Both the position numbers and the translations under genes were made by a program. From positions 29,822,001-29,886,000 of the forward strand of contig CM060734.1 in assembly GCA_030704615.1 (NCBI GenBank): a stretch of DNA of 64,000 nt. The letters run 5' to 3'. The number at the start of each line of letters is the position of its first letter. Within the stretch, counting starts at the first letter, position 1. The notes below the pieces were generated by a model. That model had not been told where the DNA came from. It searched no databases and was given only the letters and a program-made list of their open reading frames with translations. Source of the DNA: Takakia lepidozioides (lineage: Eukaryota > Plantae > Bryophyta). This document shows positions 12,783 through 25,627 of this stretch, piece after piece.

Positions 12783-13610
12783 AGCTTTTTTCTCCTCATC
12801 TCTGCTATCTGTTTTTGTCAAAGTCATTCCAAACTACCACAAATCCACCCAACAAGCTAACTTACAGAATTCAATATGCATCTCAGGCCGAGTCTGATGA
12901 GAGGGAAAAACAGGCTGAAATAGGTCGAAGAAGAAGGTGCCTTCACCAATTGTCCTTGACAATTCAGTATGCACCTCAGGGCAGAGTCTGATGAGAGGGC
13001 AAAACAGGCTGAAATAGGTCAAAGAAGAAGGTGCCCTCACCACATTGGCCTTGACCTTGTGGCATGACCCATGGAGGATTTGACCATCAACCCAAAAGGA
13101 CCTCTTGTGTGTGCTGCTTGTGTCTGTAGTCAGATAATGTTGGATTGGTCTGTGAGAACCACCACGGTGCAGCAGAGCAGACAGAGATTGAAACACAACC
13201 TGCTAAGACCAAGCTGACTTGAAGGATGGACAAACGTCTTCACTTCGCAGCTAGCCAGCATTCTAACCTCTATACCCTTCCATAAATATGACCATGAACA
13301 TTTTGCTGGATTACATCTGCCTGTACCCTATAATAATCTCAGCACTTACTTGTGACATCAAATAAGGAAATAAATGGAAGACATACCTTCAGTACTTTTG
13401 CAGATACCAGGACATCGGAAACGTATTCGTTCCAGAGCTTCTCCTCGTCTCTGTTATCTGTTTTTCGATACTTTCCTGTTCCCAGTCAAAATCACTCCAA
13501 CCACCTTACATCCACCAACGAGCTAACTTGCAGAATTCAACATGAAAATTTAGGGACGACTCTGATAACAGGGAAAAATAGGCTGAAATGTGTTTAAGAA
13601 GGTGCCTTCA
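12783..13610. repeat. Dispersed imperfect repeat of about 165 bp (12783-12945, 13436-13610, partial 12961-13039)
   Basis: Shared core TCTGAT(G/A)A..GGG(A/C)AAA..AGGCTGAAAT...AAGAAGGTGCC, lying upstream of the PPR array. Confidence 0.65.
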
Positions 13611-15798
13611 TGCATTCAATTGTGCTGCTGCCACTGCTGTTTCCAGTTGACCAGCTACCCACACAGATTTCTTGTAGCTATGGATCCACAGGGAAATAAG
13701 AAGTTGTACAACGGTGTGTTGGCCTCATCCTCCATTGCACTTGGACCCGGATCTTCTCCATCCACCGTGGATGTATCGTGATGATCGCCAACGTGTTGTC
13801 CGACCTCGACACCCAAATGGTTCATTAAAAGATCCTCCATGGCTCTGACCTCATGAAGGTCCAAACCATACTCAACATTGGGAACATCCCTTGCAACGTC
13901 TTCGGGAATAGTCAAGTGGGGCGCACCCTCATTCATCTCATGGTCCTCCTGGCCATAGTCAACTTTCTCTACCGGTATGAGATGGCTGGTGCCTCGACGC
14001 ATACTCTTCTGGTATCTTCTGTTTGAAATCCGGCCTTGGCCTATGAAATTGATGCAATGTGGGATGATGATTGGTAACGGCGTTCACAAGCCTAAGCAAG
14101 CAAAATGATGTGATCTGCGGAGCCTTTGCAGGAAAACCGAAGCCGAAAAGCCACCGTTTGCATTGAGCAGCGAAACTGTTGAGGGCTTGCAGCTTGCAAG
14201 GTGAACGATGGCGGAAAATGTAGAGCTCCTGCAGTTCAAGAACTTCAAGAACCGGGCAATCCGGGCACGCTCCGAAAAAACTTGGCGCTTTGGGGTTTTC
14301 TGGGCGGGCAGTCCGGGCAGATAGAAAGAAATTGACGACGTACGAAACGTGGCGACAACAGGTGGTTACGAAACTTGGTGACGATGACGTGGCACTATGG
14401 CATCCTATTCCTGCTCTACGCTAAACTAGCTCTCGACCTTCGGTCATCGCTAGAATTTAAGGTGTTTTAAACCCCCCTATGTATGTATAATGTTATACAT
14501 GGGGGGGGGTTTTAAAATACCCCCTCCTGTGCACGCACGTGGCTGGTACATATTGGCTGGAGTGCACCCCCCAGGGCTACCAGCAGGGGCAGCATATGGG
14601 TTCAACTCCCACTCATGCAAATGGTGACCATAGAGAGGGCTTGTGAGGGAGGGGGAAAGAGGGAGAGAGGGATCTGTAGTGCTTGGGAGGTCATGGCAGA
14701 TCTGTAATGCGAGCTGAGGGCTCAAAACACCACTATGCAATGTCTTCTTGTCCATGTATAAATGTACCCCCCCACTTTGACCAACTGCCACCTAGTGCCT
14801 ACTGGGCAAAATCCACCAATTTTTGCTGCATTACGTGGAGGATGTCTCCTACTTCAAGTCCTCCAACTTTCAGATGAAACAGAGTTCATCCCATCAGCCA
14901 AAATATGATTTTTTATTTTATTTTTTATTTTTTTTCACCACACGTTGGAAAATTGGGCCCCACTGCCAACGGTGGGGTTTTGGCAGATCTGCGTCGATTG
15001 GTGTGCAATTTGGGCAGTAGCTGCAAGTGCTAGGTGGCCATGTTATGTCCGGTCACTTTTGCAAAATTTTGAAAACTCACTGTGAATTATTGATTTTCCT
15101 GTCAGGGGGTCAATTTAGGAGGAAAAGTCAAACTACCCCACTGGTCGTTTAAGGGTTAATAAGAAACCAAACAAAAAACAAGTGCTGCTGTTTGGGGACA
15201 CCCAACATAACTCACATTCCATGCCCCATTCCTTTTTGTTTTCATTTTCTCCTCTGTTGATTTTTAACCCAGGCTTGGTGCATCCCAGACTCATGGACCT
15301 TATCATGGTTATTTAATTTTTAAGATGATTTACATGGCCTCTTTCCCCCTTTATTTAAATTTAAAAATTGTAACAAACCCTTGGGCAGTGTGCCTTGAGC
15401 CCTGTGCTCGGCTCCTCGTGGGGAGGTTACTTCGAAAGAGGTTCTTTTCTCCTCTCAAGGGGCCGGATTTGTGAGCCGTCGCTACCGGGTATATTTTTAT
15501 TGGCTCCTCCCTAAGGAGACCATGCATCCATTGTTTTCTCTTGATGTACCTTCCCCAGTTAACACCTACCTATCAAGATCCTACCCTCCCCAATAAATAG
15601 CCATTTTCAATATACTCTAGATTCTCACCCCATCTATTGTTGCACATTCATTCATAACTTGGTGAGTGATATAATTTCATTACATGTTGGGATTAGAAAT
15701 TGCTTTAGTCTATCTTCTTTGTAGTCTTTCACCCTCTCTGTAGGCCAAAACATTTCCGTAGGTGGAGGCAAGAGTCCGTCCGGGTTTGGGCTGAGTGC

Positions 15799-18700
15799 TT
15801 GTGGTGGATGAGCACTAGCGATATTAGTGGGTACACGAGACGAGGTGTGCGATCTAGGCCACCTTCACCTTCTGTGTCTTCTGAGGAGGGTTTTGATTCA
15901 GACTCTGAGGGATCCACGCCGCAGGTGCAAGCTATTTCCGTGCCATTGTTGTGGGATACGATGGAAGAAATGTATGGAGCTACCAAGGGGTCTCGTAGGT
16001 ACTATGGAGTTGTGGGCACCATCGAGCTTGATGATTTCATATGAAGTTTGATAGTTGGTGCAATTTGCAGCAGATGCGCGCGCAATCCAGTGAACAGAGA
16101 AATTGCGGAGCTTGCAAGAGTTCCAGCGAAAGCCTACTGAGAGTTTGAGGGAGGCTTATACTCGCATGAGACGCTTGATAAGTGTAACCCAAGGGGTTAT
16201 GGAAGCTCAGGCAATCCAATTCTGGTATGGGATATTGGATAAGGAGCCGAGGAGAAGGGTGCGGGATGCAACTCTCCTACAAGTGGCCCAACCCACCCTA
16301 GCAAATGTGTTTTTGCTAGCAGAGCGGATATAGCTCAACATGGTGGAGGAGCGAGTGGTTATGGTGGGGTTTGGCAAGGAGACACAACGAAGTGGGGTTC
16401 CTAGCCAACAACAACAGACCCCCCAACGTGCTCAAGGCAACAAGGGGGCTCAGACAAAGCCCAGGGAAAGTAAGAGGGGATCTCAGATGCAAAGGTCTCT
16501 TCTTTCATTCTCAGTCCAACAACAGATGAGTGTGTCATGTTGGGATTGTGGAGGACCACATGTGAAGAAGGATTGCCCAGAAATAGACAAAGGCTCGGCT
16601 TATGCACAACCTACACAACTATAGTGTGGGCATTATGGCAAGTATGGGCATGAAGAGGCCCATTATTATGACTTGCATCCCTGAGCCAAGAGGAACAGAT
16701 ATGGATTTTGATCCATAAAGGGGGAAGCAAGTCGTCAGACAAAGCTTCCACAGTCATTTACATTGGCTGAGACAGTGCCACCTACGCCATCAATGACACC
16801 CGCTCGCCCAAGTGTATCAGAGGTAGAGCCACGAGTGTCATTGGGGAGAGTTGGCTGGCTTGGGAAATGCGAGTGGGTGGTGCTGCAAAGCAAAGTGCAG
16901 CCAGTACATTGTTGGGGGCGGCTATGGCGGTTTGTCAAGCTCCATTATTTTCTGCAATGACAATTGCAATGTCGGGGATTCGGCCAGCTGTTGTGCTCAG
17001 ACTAGCAGCTAGACTCTGTGAGAGTGGTGATGTATCGGCACTATCTGCGAGGATAGCAGATAAGGTACAGTCTATGGATGCCCTGGATTTGAGGGTGAAG
17101 TCAGCCACAGCTGCGCCATGGCAAGTGGCAGCTGTAAGGTTGCAGGAGTTGCCAGCTAGGCCAGTCATTGAGCACAGCACATGATGACTCCTGGGGTAGT
17201 CCTCGTGGACAATGAGGATGGAATGTTTCAGTTGGGTGGCCCAACCGGGAGGAGGTATAGGCCACTGCGAGTCTTGTTGGACTCGGGAGCTCATCCATTG
17301 ATGTTGGGGAAAGCGGCAATTGTAGGCTTGGGCATTACAGAGGCAGATTTGGAGCCTTGCCCTTTCCAGATTCAGACGTCTTTAGGTGGTTCAGAGAAGG
17401 CGCGAGGGATCACACGCCATGAGCTCTTCATTCGATTGCAACCGGATCATCCTACGAGCGGCTTAGTCATGAGAGGCAAAGCCATTGTTACGGATGCGAT
17501 GTCATACGATATGCTTGTTGGTGAGGCGGTGTTGTACCCATGGGATTTACTCTGGACTTTTGGGAGGAAACGGCGTCCTATAGGCCGAAGTGGCAGTCAC
17601 GGGATGGCCGACGTGTACTGCTCCCAGTGCGGTTTATTGGGAATGTAGCAGTGGATCATAGGAACATGATGCCCACATTGGCTGCATTCTCAAGGGTGGT
17701 GACTTGGGATGGTGAGCTCTTGGAGGGCAATAGCCATGCAGAGAATAGCCCACCACTTGATGAGGACAAGCAATTGGCATACAAGGCTGAGTTGCTTCCT
17801 CATGTGGCTGTGCATAGCTCACTGTGGGGTACAGTTGGGGATTTGCAGCTAGTGGCAGGCGTGTGTGTGCAACAAGCATGGCAGGAGGCCTTCCCATCAG
17901 TGGGTGATCAAGGGAGTTCAGTGACATCATCTGGACCTCCTCAGTTAACTCCATTGGACACAGTGCCGATTACCTGGCAACCACCTGACTCAGGGATTTG
18001 TTTGCTAGACCTGTTTGGAGGCATGAGCATTGGGCTTGCAGGAGTGTTGCAAGCAGGGATTAAAGTACGAAAGTACTTGTATTTGGAGAATAATGAGATA
18101 GCTCGGCGTATTTCTATGCGCCACGTTGCCTTGCTCACACACCGGTATCCTGAGTTGCTGCCTCTCTCAGCAATTGAAGGGTACCAAAAAGCCTTGCCAG
18201 CAGACATTACCTTACTGGGGGCAGATGATTTGGAATGGTATGGTGCCATTGACTTGGTGATAGCCGGATGGCCTTGCCAAGGACATTCTCCCGCAGGTCA
18301 TGGGAACGGCTTGCATGATACAAGGTCGCATCTATTCTGGAAGATATTGCGGGTGTTGCGTGACTTACAGACGAGGCAAGTGCAACCTTTAGCCTACATC
18401 TTGGAGAATGTTCCTCTTATGGGGGATTCTTGGGCCATGATTATGGCCAGTGTGCATCAGGTGCGGTCTTGGATTGGATCTGTGGTGCTATTGGATGCAG
18501 CTGCAATGGGGTCACGGGCACATAGGCCTAGGTTGTGCTGGACCAATCTTGCACCACCAGAGTTGCTCAAGAGAGCCTATGATTTCATTCAACGGCCACC
18601 CAGGTTGAGGGCATTTTTGGACCAAGGGAGACAGCCATAGTGGGTGTGACATGATGACCGTCCACCTTTGACGGTGGTCAATCGAGTGGGGCAGCAACGT

Positions 18701-19539
18701 GCGGCCTTGGCTACACTCATGAGTTTTCCCTCGTCTCATGCTTTCCGAGACAATGGTCCTAGGTTGATTTGGGACAATGTGCTACAGCAATTGGTGGAGC
18801 CCAATGCGGATGAGCGAGAGCGGGCAATGGGGTTTGCCACGGGCACTATAGCTGTGCCAGCTCTGTCAGAGGCATCACGCCGGCAGGTGTTGGGTCAAAC
18901 AATGGATCTAAATTGCTTGACATGGATTATTGGCTTGTGCATGGCTGAGCAACGGAGGTTACAGGCAATGGTGGCTACTTTTGCACTCTCATTGGATTGT
19001 GCATCCTCCCTGCCAACCAGGACGGTTGAGGCAGTGAGTGGGGGCGAGCACAAGATCATGGGGTGCAACACCCATGGCAGATGTGGGATGAGATGCGGAA
19101 AGAGAGAGTCATTGGATCTCTCAAGCAGTAGCAGGAGTGGGAGAGCCATACATGGAGGATCAGTTGGAGGCCAAGGTGGCCAAGGTTTTTGAAGAAGTTG
19201 AGGATGTTTATTCCCTAGAGGATGTTCTCAAGGTGGTTATGGCGGAGTAAGTGGAGGCTACGCCACAGCCTGGGCAGATAAGGCCCAAGAGGTTGCTATC
19301 TAGCAACCAAAGGATGCGTCTCCTACCTCCAAGCCTGGTCATGTACCCAAGGTTGCAGTCACTGAGGACAATTGGGAACCAGATGTTGGACCTACACTCA
19401 TTGGAGGAGAGAGACAGAGGATCCAATGATTTTAAAAGGCTTATAGAAATTGCTTTGCCTTCGGTTAGAAGGATTTAGGGAGTTGAAGGGCCAGGAGATT
19501 CGTATTGATTTGGCAAGTGACACGCCAATTTTTCGAAGG
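15799..19539 (+). mobile_element. DNMT-carrying Ty3 retrotransposon copy A, 5' half (gag, protease, C5-MTase, RT start)
   Basis: Gag fragments with knuckle CWDCGGPHVKKDC; protease VLLDSGA; MTase motifs LDLFGG, GWPCQG, ILENV, RPRLCW, ERAMGF. RT start is cut at 19539 by the MULE. No 5' LTR found. Confidence 0.88.
17950..18960 (+). pseudogene. C5-cytosine methyltransferase domain in pol (copy A, disrupted)
   Basis: Motifs I, IV, VI and VIII in ORF 17540-18640; IX and X in ORF 18668-19192; stops at about 18638-18650. Confidence 0.88.
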
Positions 19540-22500
19540 CAGGGATGCCTCGGCGTGAGCCTGGTCACGTGAGCGCGTGAGCGCAACTGCGCTCACGCCA
19601 CGTCACCTTGCGCAAATGCCACATCACGGGGCTCACTCCACGTCATCACATGTGAAGGCCGCGTCACCACGCGCCCAGAAAGAAGTGGAGTGTATTCCCG
19701 CGGATTGGCACCCTTTACCGCGGAAACAAGCTGGACGACATAATAAAAGACATTGAATAAAGGATGGATGAAATGTACAGTTGGATGATAAACAGATGGA
19801 TGAGTGTGAAAAATGAATGTAGATGGATGAATGAGGGATGGATAAGAGTCAAATGGATGAATGTATAATGGATGTTGAGCAATGACAAAAATTCATGACA
19901 GGAAGATGCATGACCAAAACTTTTGACGAATGCACAACGTATATGAAATGAGTGTGGAAGGTTTGTGGGGTGGATTAAAGAGTACAGAGGATGAATGTAC
20001 AATGGATGTTGAACAAAGGAAAAAATTCATGAATGGAGCACGCATGAATACACTGTAGATGAATGCACAATGGATATGAGAAGAGTCAGGGAGGTTTGTG
20101 AGATGGATTCATACATATTGCAATTTAAATGAAAGTTGATTCTGTGATTATTATTTGTTCTAAAGGAACAACTACGGTGGAGGAAGGGGATTCAATGTTT
20201 TCCAGATAGTATGAAAATGAATATTAAAAGAATACAGTTCAGTCTGACTCAGAGTCAGTACAATGTATCCCCGCTTCCTTCCTCTGCATCTAAGTCTATG
20301 TATTTTAGAACACCGGATCCACGCTGGATACACCTACGGCTGGCCACTAAAAAGTCAAGGGATAGGGACTCGGCCGCGTGAAGTGCCATTGCTTCGGCAT
20401 AAACAGGAAGCAGAAAATTGGAAAGGGGGCTGTCGAAAACAGACTCGCCAGAAATGACTACATCTCCTGAAGATCCACCGCTGCCTTTCCTGAAAGACAG
20501 TCTGAAAAAGTTATTACTGTAACTTTGATGTTATTGAGAAATTGAGTATGGCTCCCAAAGAGGGTTTAGCACTTACTCACATGAAAAGTCGTTGTCGACC
20601 TGCTTATCTTCGGATCGTCATCATTTCGAATTTGAATCCGATCAGTCTGTGTGCCTGAAGTGGAGCCAGACAAAAGGGGGAGGAGCACTGTGTTGTAGAG
20701 GTCAGAATCACCCTCCATGCCAAAAAGGCTTCTTCCGCCTGCCTTGCATGCATGGTAAGTTGCTCCTGCCACCACAGGAGGACATGAACAGTTTGGTGGG
20801 GGGGATTTAAGCAGATGAAACTGTTGAAAGAAAACCAATTCGGAAGGGAAAGAACGAACCTGTGGACACAGAAAGATCGACCACCCATGCAGAGCGGTGG
20901 CTGCATGACTCCAGCAGTATTTGCATGAACGCTGGGACTTTTCCTTTGCACCTCTCTAGGGAGTGCCATCTGGTCTCTTCAGAGTCTGACTGGACTGCAT
21001 GAAGTTGTACAAAATGTCATCGACATGGGGCTCATAGGGGGGTTTGACGAAACAACCCTGGTCAGAAATCTCAAAGCTGCGGATGGAGGATGGTGTCTTT
21101 GAGGTGCGAATCCTCCGCAGGCAGATTGCCTCGAACATCCTCGTCTGCCAAAGATAGCAGGTTAGTGTGGTAAACACAATCTATAGTGGAAGTGTGTACA
21201 TCGGCTATTCAGAACTCAGACACAAAAAAATAATTTTTTATCACGAATCGGTGATGATCGTTGTCGATCATCACAGATTCTACTAGAGTGGAGCTGCAGA
21301 GAACATTGAAACTCATCATGAAAGCACAAGCAGAAGGGAGACGGCATACTAGCTGACCAGGGAAACCCCCTTTCACAAGGTAGAGGCTGTTCACACAAAT
21401 TCCATGTGCGCAAAACTTCAAACCCTGAAGACTTGAGGTATGATGCCAATGCCCGACGACTATCATTGTCACATGACTGAAAAAGCAGAAGTGTCCCTGC
21501 ATCAGAGAGGAAGTTATTACAGAACCCGAACACCCAACTCCAGTAGTTGTCCTCGAATTTGTTCCAGCCTGACGTCTTGCCCTTTGGAAGAACTTCTGGC
21601 ACAGCCTGGCCATCCGGAATGTCGAGAATGACAATGTCGCCGCATAAGTTTTCTGCACACCGCACACGAAGGTGGGACCTATGCTCACCTGCAACAGACA
21701 TGTTTTTTATAAGAACGAAAGCAATAATGTTTTCAAAGAACGAGACTGAAATACTGCCAACGAAACTTTCAGAGAAAAAAGGAAAGAAACTGGAATTCTC
21801 ACCAGATTGAGGAATGAGATTATATTGTCCCAGGTAGGCGATGGCACCCCAGTATATCCTCTCTTTCGACTCTGCATCATTGACAGCCAACCCTCATTAA
21901 CAATTTTCATCTCTCCTGCCGAATTAGAACGGGAAGGGTGTGGCTTGGCATCGAACACGCATTGAACAGTGCGGGTATATCTTCCAGCAGTAAAGTCCTG
22001 CCCACTCTCCATCTCCTTTTCTTTCTCCTTCCCCTTGTCCTTTTCCTTCTCTTTGGACTTGTCTTTGTCCTTTGGCTTTGCTGGTGAGATGGCTATGACA
22101 TCAACAGCCTTATCTTTTGGTTTGCGGCCCGCCTTCTTTCCCTTCTGCGGCGTTCCCTGAGCATCAGGCTTCTTGGCAGCCAATGTTGCTATGTTTCGTT
22201 GGTACTCTTCGTCAGTCAAAGGCGCCAACATCTCAGCGTTATTGTTCAAGTATTTCATATGCTGTTCTTGAAAGGTCGTGTGCTCCGGTGGGAGTCAAGG
22301 TACCACCCACAGTCTCTGAAGTGAGAAGGACTCCAGTCCTTCAATATCCCTGCAGTATACATGGTTGGATCGTTTGCAGGGTCCGACCACATGTCAAGAT
22401 AGTCTGGAATTCCGCTCAGGTGATTTCCTTCCATAAGCACATATTTCGTGTACTTGAAAAAAGGAGATAAATCCCAACCCACAAAAGCGCTCAGTGAGTA

Positions 22501-22593
22501 AGATGCAAGTAGAACAGAATGAAAAAAACATAGATTGAAATGGCTCTGAGAACTGCTCCAAGGACCTTTCAGGACCACACGAATGCTCCAGAT

Positions 22594-23316
22594 GTGAATG
22601 TCGTCAACGCCATTCAAAACATTCCATTCAATGATACTGTAAATACACCCTAATCCAGGTGAATGCAAACTATCGTTTTGGAATGACACAGACATAGAAG
22701 TGAATGTCGTCAACGACATTCACTAATCAAGCCTAATTATTCCTCAAATGAAGCAAAATCACAGGATGGAAATCATAAACTCGAGTAAGGAACCCTCCAG
22801 GAAAACTCAATGCACATTTATAACGAACATCACTGAGGACCTCACAACAACACTGTATGTGAATGGCGTCAACGCCATTCACAAAAATACCAACAAGGAA
22901 CCAATTACTTAGCTCCCAATCCATGTAAATTCAAATTGTCGCTGTTGAATAATACAGACACAGAAGTGAATGTCGTCAACGACATTCACTTTGGATTTCT
23001 CATAACAGAGCTTATCAAGCCTCCAGATTCCTCGCAAGAGGCAAAAACAATGCAGAACAACTGAATGTCTGCATTGACATTCAGCAATATGAAGTGAGGA
23101 ACCCTCACTGTAACCTCTTTGGACATTACAAAAATTTACATAACTCTAAGGACCTCTCAACAACTCCGGATGTGAATGTCGTCAACGCCATTCAAGGACA
23201 TTATCAATTCTAATTAGGGACACTATAATTACACCCTTAGATCCTAACCAGGTGAATTCATATACTCGCTTAAGAATGACTCAGACAAAGAAGTGAATGT
23301 CGTCAACGACATTCAA
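22594..23316. repeat. Array of seven 24-bp palindromes, consensus GTGAATGTCGTCAACGACATTCAC
   Basis: Copies start at 22594, 22700, 22859, 22966, 23061, 23172 and 23293; spacers are 71-135 bp; located in a predicted intron. Confidence 0.92.
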
Positions 23317-25184
23317 TCTGGATCTATGATTGCAATCCTTATGAAGCCACATTTTTTCCCAAAAAAAGCAGTAGAGTTTTAAGTATGACATTGCACCCGT
23401 ACACAACTCGCATCATGGCCCACTCTCCTCCAACCTGACTGTCAAAGTCGTTGGACCGTAAAATGTTACCATCTTTGGAGAACTCCCGGAAAAAACAGTA
23501 TCTCCAGGTGAGACCTCTCCACTTCCTTATGTATGCCTCCAATGACATTTGGGGAGGGGAAACAATCGAAATGTTGAGGTCCTTCAAAGTCTGATCCAGC
23601 ACAATGACGGCGCGCTTTTCGAGCTGCAAATAGTATATTTGTCAGAATTGCAAATAAGATACTCATCACATACTTGAAGAGAAGAAACGGCATGTTTGAA
23701 TACACACTGACTCCAAAATGTAGCCTTGTGGAGCCAGTTATCAAACACCAAATCACTGATTCCTTCCACCTTTGTGCCAGCTGTATGGTGCTCTTTGGGA
23801 ACTGATTCAAGTCCTTTACTGTTTGATCTGAGTTCCATATCTCCAGCCACCTTATTTTTGTTTGTGGGTCGACCATCGATATGGCCAGCTGGTGCAATTT
23901 CTCCTGCTGCATCCCCGGATGCACATGCTTGTCGTAATGTGTTTTGATCTGCTGAAGGAACTCAGGACCAAGTCCAGGATCTACTATTCTAAGCTGCTTT
24001 CCGAAGGCGGACATCAATTTGGTTCTTCGCATTTCAAACTCCTTCTTTATTGCAGCTTCCACACCCTTTGATGTCCTTAGTTCCTCTGGTGTAGTGCGGT
24101 AATATTCGGATTTTCCCTTTCTCAGCTGCCTCTGCAAGTTCTTGCTGCATTGATTCAAGTAGTGATTAGCTCTGAAAGGACTACAAACATATTCAAAAAG
24201 TAAACAGAGTACAGCCTCGGGCTTACCGCATACATGTACTCCAGAAACGCCTCTCGTGTCAAAGAATACCAAGTGCCTGCAGCTCTTCCTGTTTCGCACT
24301 TCTTGATGATATTGGGTGGTAGTACTGTCCGAAAATCATCCAGCTTCATCAGACCAATCCTCTGAATTCGGAATAGTGTGTGAACCAAGCTTGTTGTCAC
24401 ATGCGATTTCTCTGTCGATCTGCAAAAACATTGGAAACATTGCATTCCTTAACACTGTTTTTTGAGGATTAATAAGACACTACAGAGGGAATGAAATCTC
24501 CTGGATGACTTACTTGTTCACGTCGTGCATAGCTGTAAGAAGCCTAGCGATGTCGTTTCCAGGATCCAAAACCATTGCCTCCACAACAACATGCTTGTCT
24601 TTGTCTTTCGCATGGTGTTTCTGAATGTATCCCATCCATGCCAGCAATCGGTGGTTGCCGTCCCAGACGTAGAACATGTGGTTGCAGAATTGCTGGGTGT
24701 TCTTTCCCATCATGAGGCCCAGCTCGAACTCCTCATTGGCATCTTTCCAGCACTCATCCCAGTTATCACTGATCTCTGGAGACACTAATGTGCTTTTCCC
24801 ATTTATATCCGTCAGTGACACATAAAAAACTTGTGCACCAAGTCTATATCCATGCACAAAATCACTCTCCAATTTTGTTATGTCATGGGAAAGAGGTGGA
24901 CGCACAACAGGCATTGATATCATCCGGCACAGAGGGATGTCCAGACGCCCTCCAGATACGAGCATGTCCCTTATAACCTCCTGAGAGTTTACCTTCTGGA
25001 ATGACATGAGTTCTTTCACCTTGTCAAGGTAGTGCACTTCAGATTCATCTGCTTCATCTGTATTCTCTGAGCTTTTTGCGGACTCGTCCCCATCTCCAGA
25101 TCCTTTCCCCTCTGATCCTGTAGGCTTCGACCTCACAGTTTTCTGCACGATGCCATTCAGTTCTGACTGAGTAATTTGCAAATA

Positions 25185-25627
25185 GTGAATGGCGGTAACG
25201 ACCATCACTCTGTCTCAAAGAAACTCACTATGAATGGTGTGAAACAATTCAGCACAATCTACACAAGCAAAGCTGATACTGCCGTATTCAAAACAAAAGT
25301 GAGAGCGATAGCGAACGGCGTTAACGACAATCACAAAAGATAACGACCTGCCGGATCGGTGTTGTGTAATGACATCTATGTGTAAGTGATTGGCGGCAAC
25401 GACATTCAGTATAGTTTAGGGCGGACAGTAAGTGCAGATTATTCAGATTGACTCCATTGTGATTACCGTCGCCAGCATGGGAAGAGGAAGGACTGCTTGA
25501 AAGGCAATCAAACAGACTGTATGGTCTAAACAACGATGATTGACGGTATGCCGACCCTCACTCTCTCTTCAAACACATAGGTACATAAATCTCATGAGGA
25601 GAATCGAATGGCGTTAACGACGCTCGC
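25185..25627. repeat. Four degenerate copies of the same 24-bp palindrome
   Basis: GTGAATGGCGGTAACGACCATCAC (25185), GCGAACGGCGTTAACGACAATCAC (25311), GTGATTGGCGGCAACGACATTCAG (25386), TCGAATGGCGTTAACGACGCTCGC (25604). Confidence 0.7.

Noticed and set aside
15140-15160. piggyBac-like end AGGG-TTAA
   Set aside because: No matching left TIR or transposase was found.
19715-20110. His/Ile-rich ORF and ATGGATGA repeats
   Set aside because: Low-complexity tract in the MULE subterminal region with no coding evidence.
22594-23316. CRISPR array
   Set aside because: Spacers are long, uneven and partly homologous to each other; there are no cas genes; the context is a eukaryotic intron.
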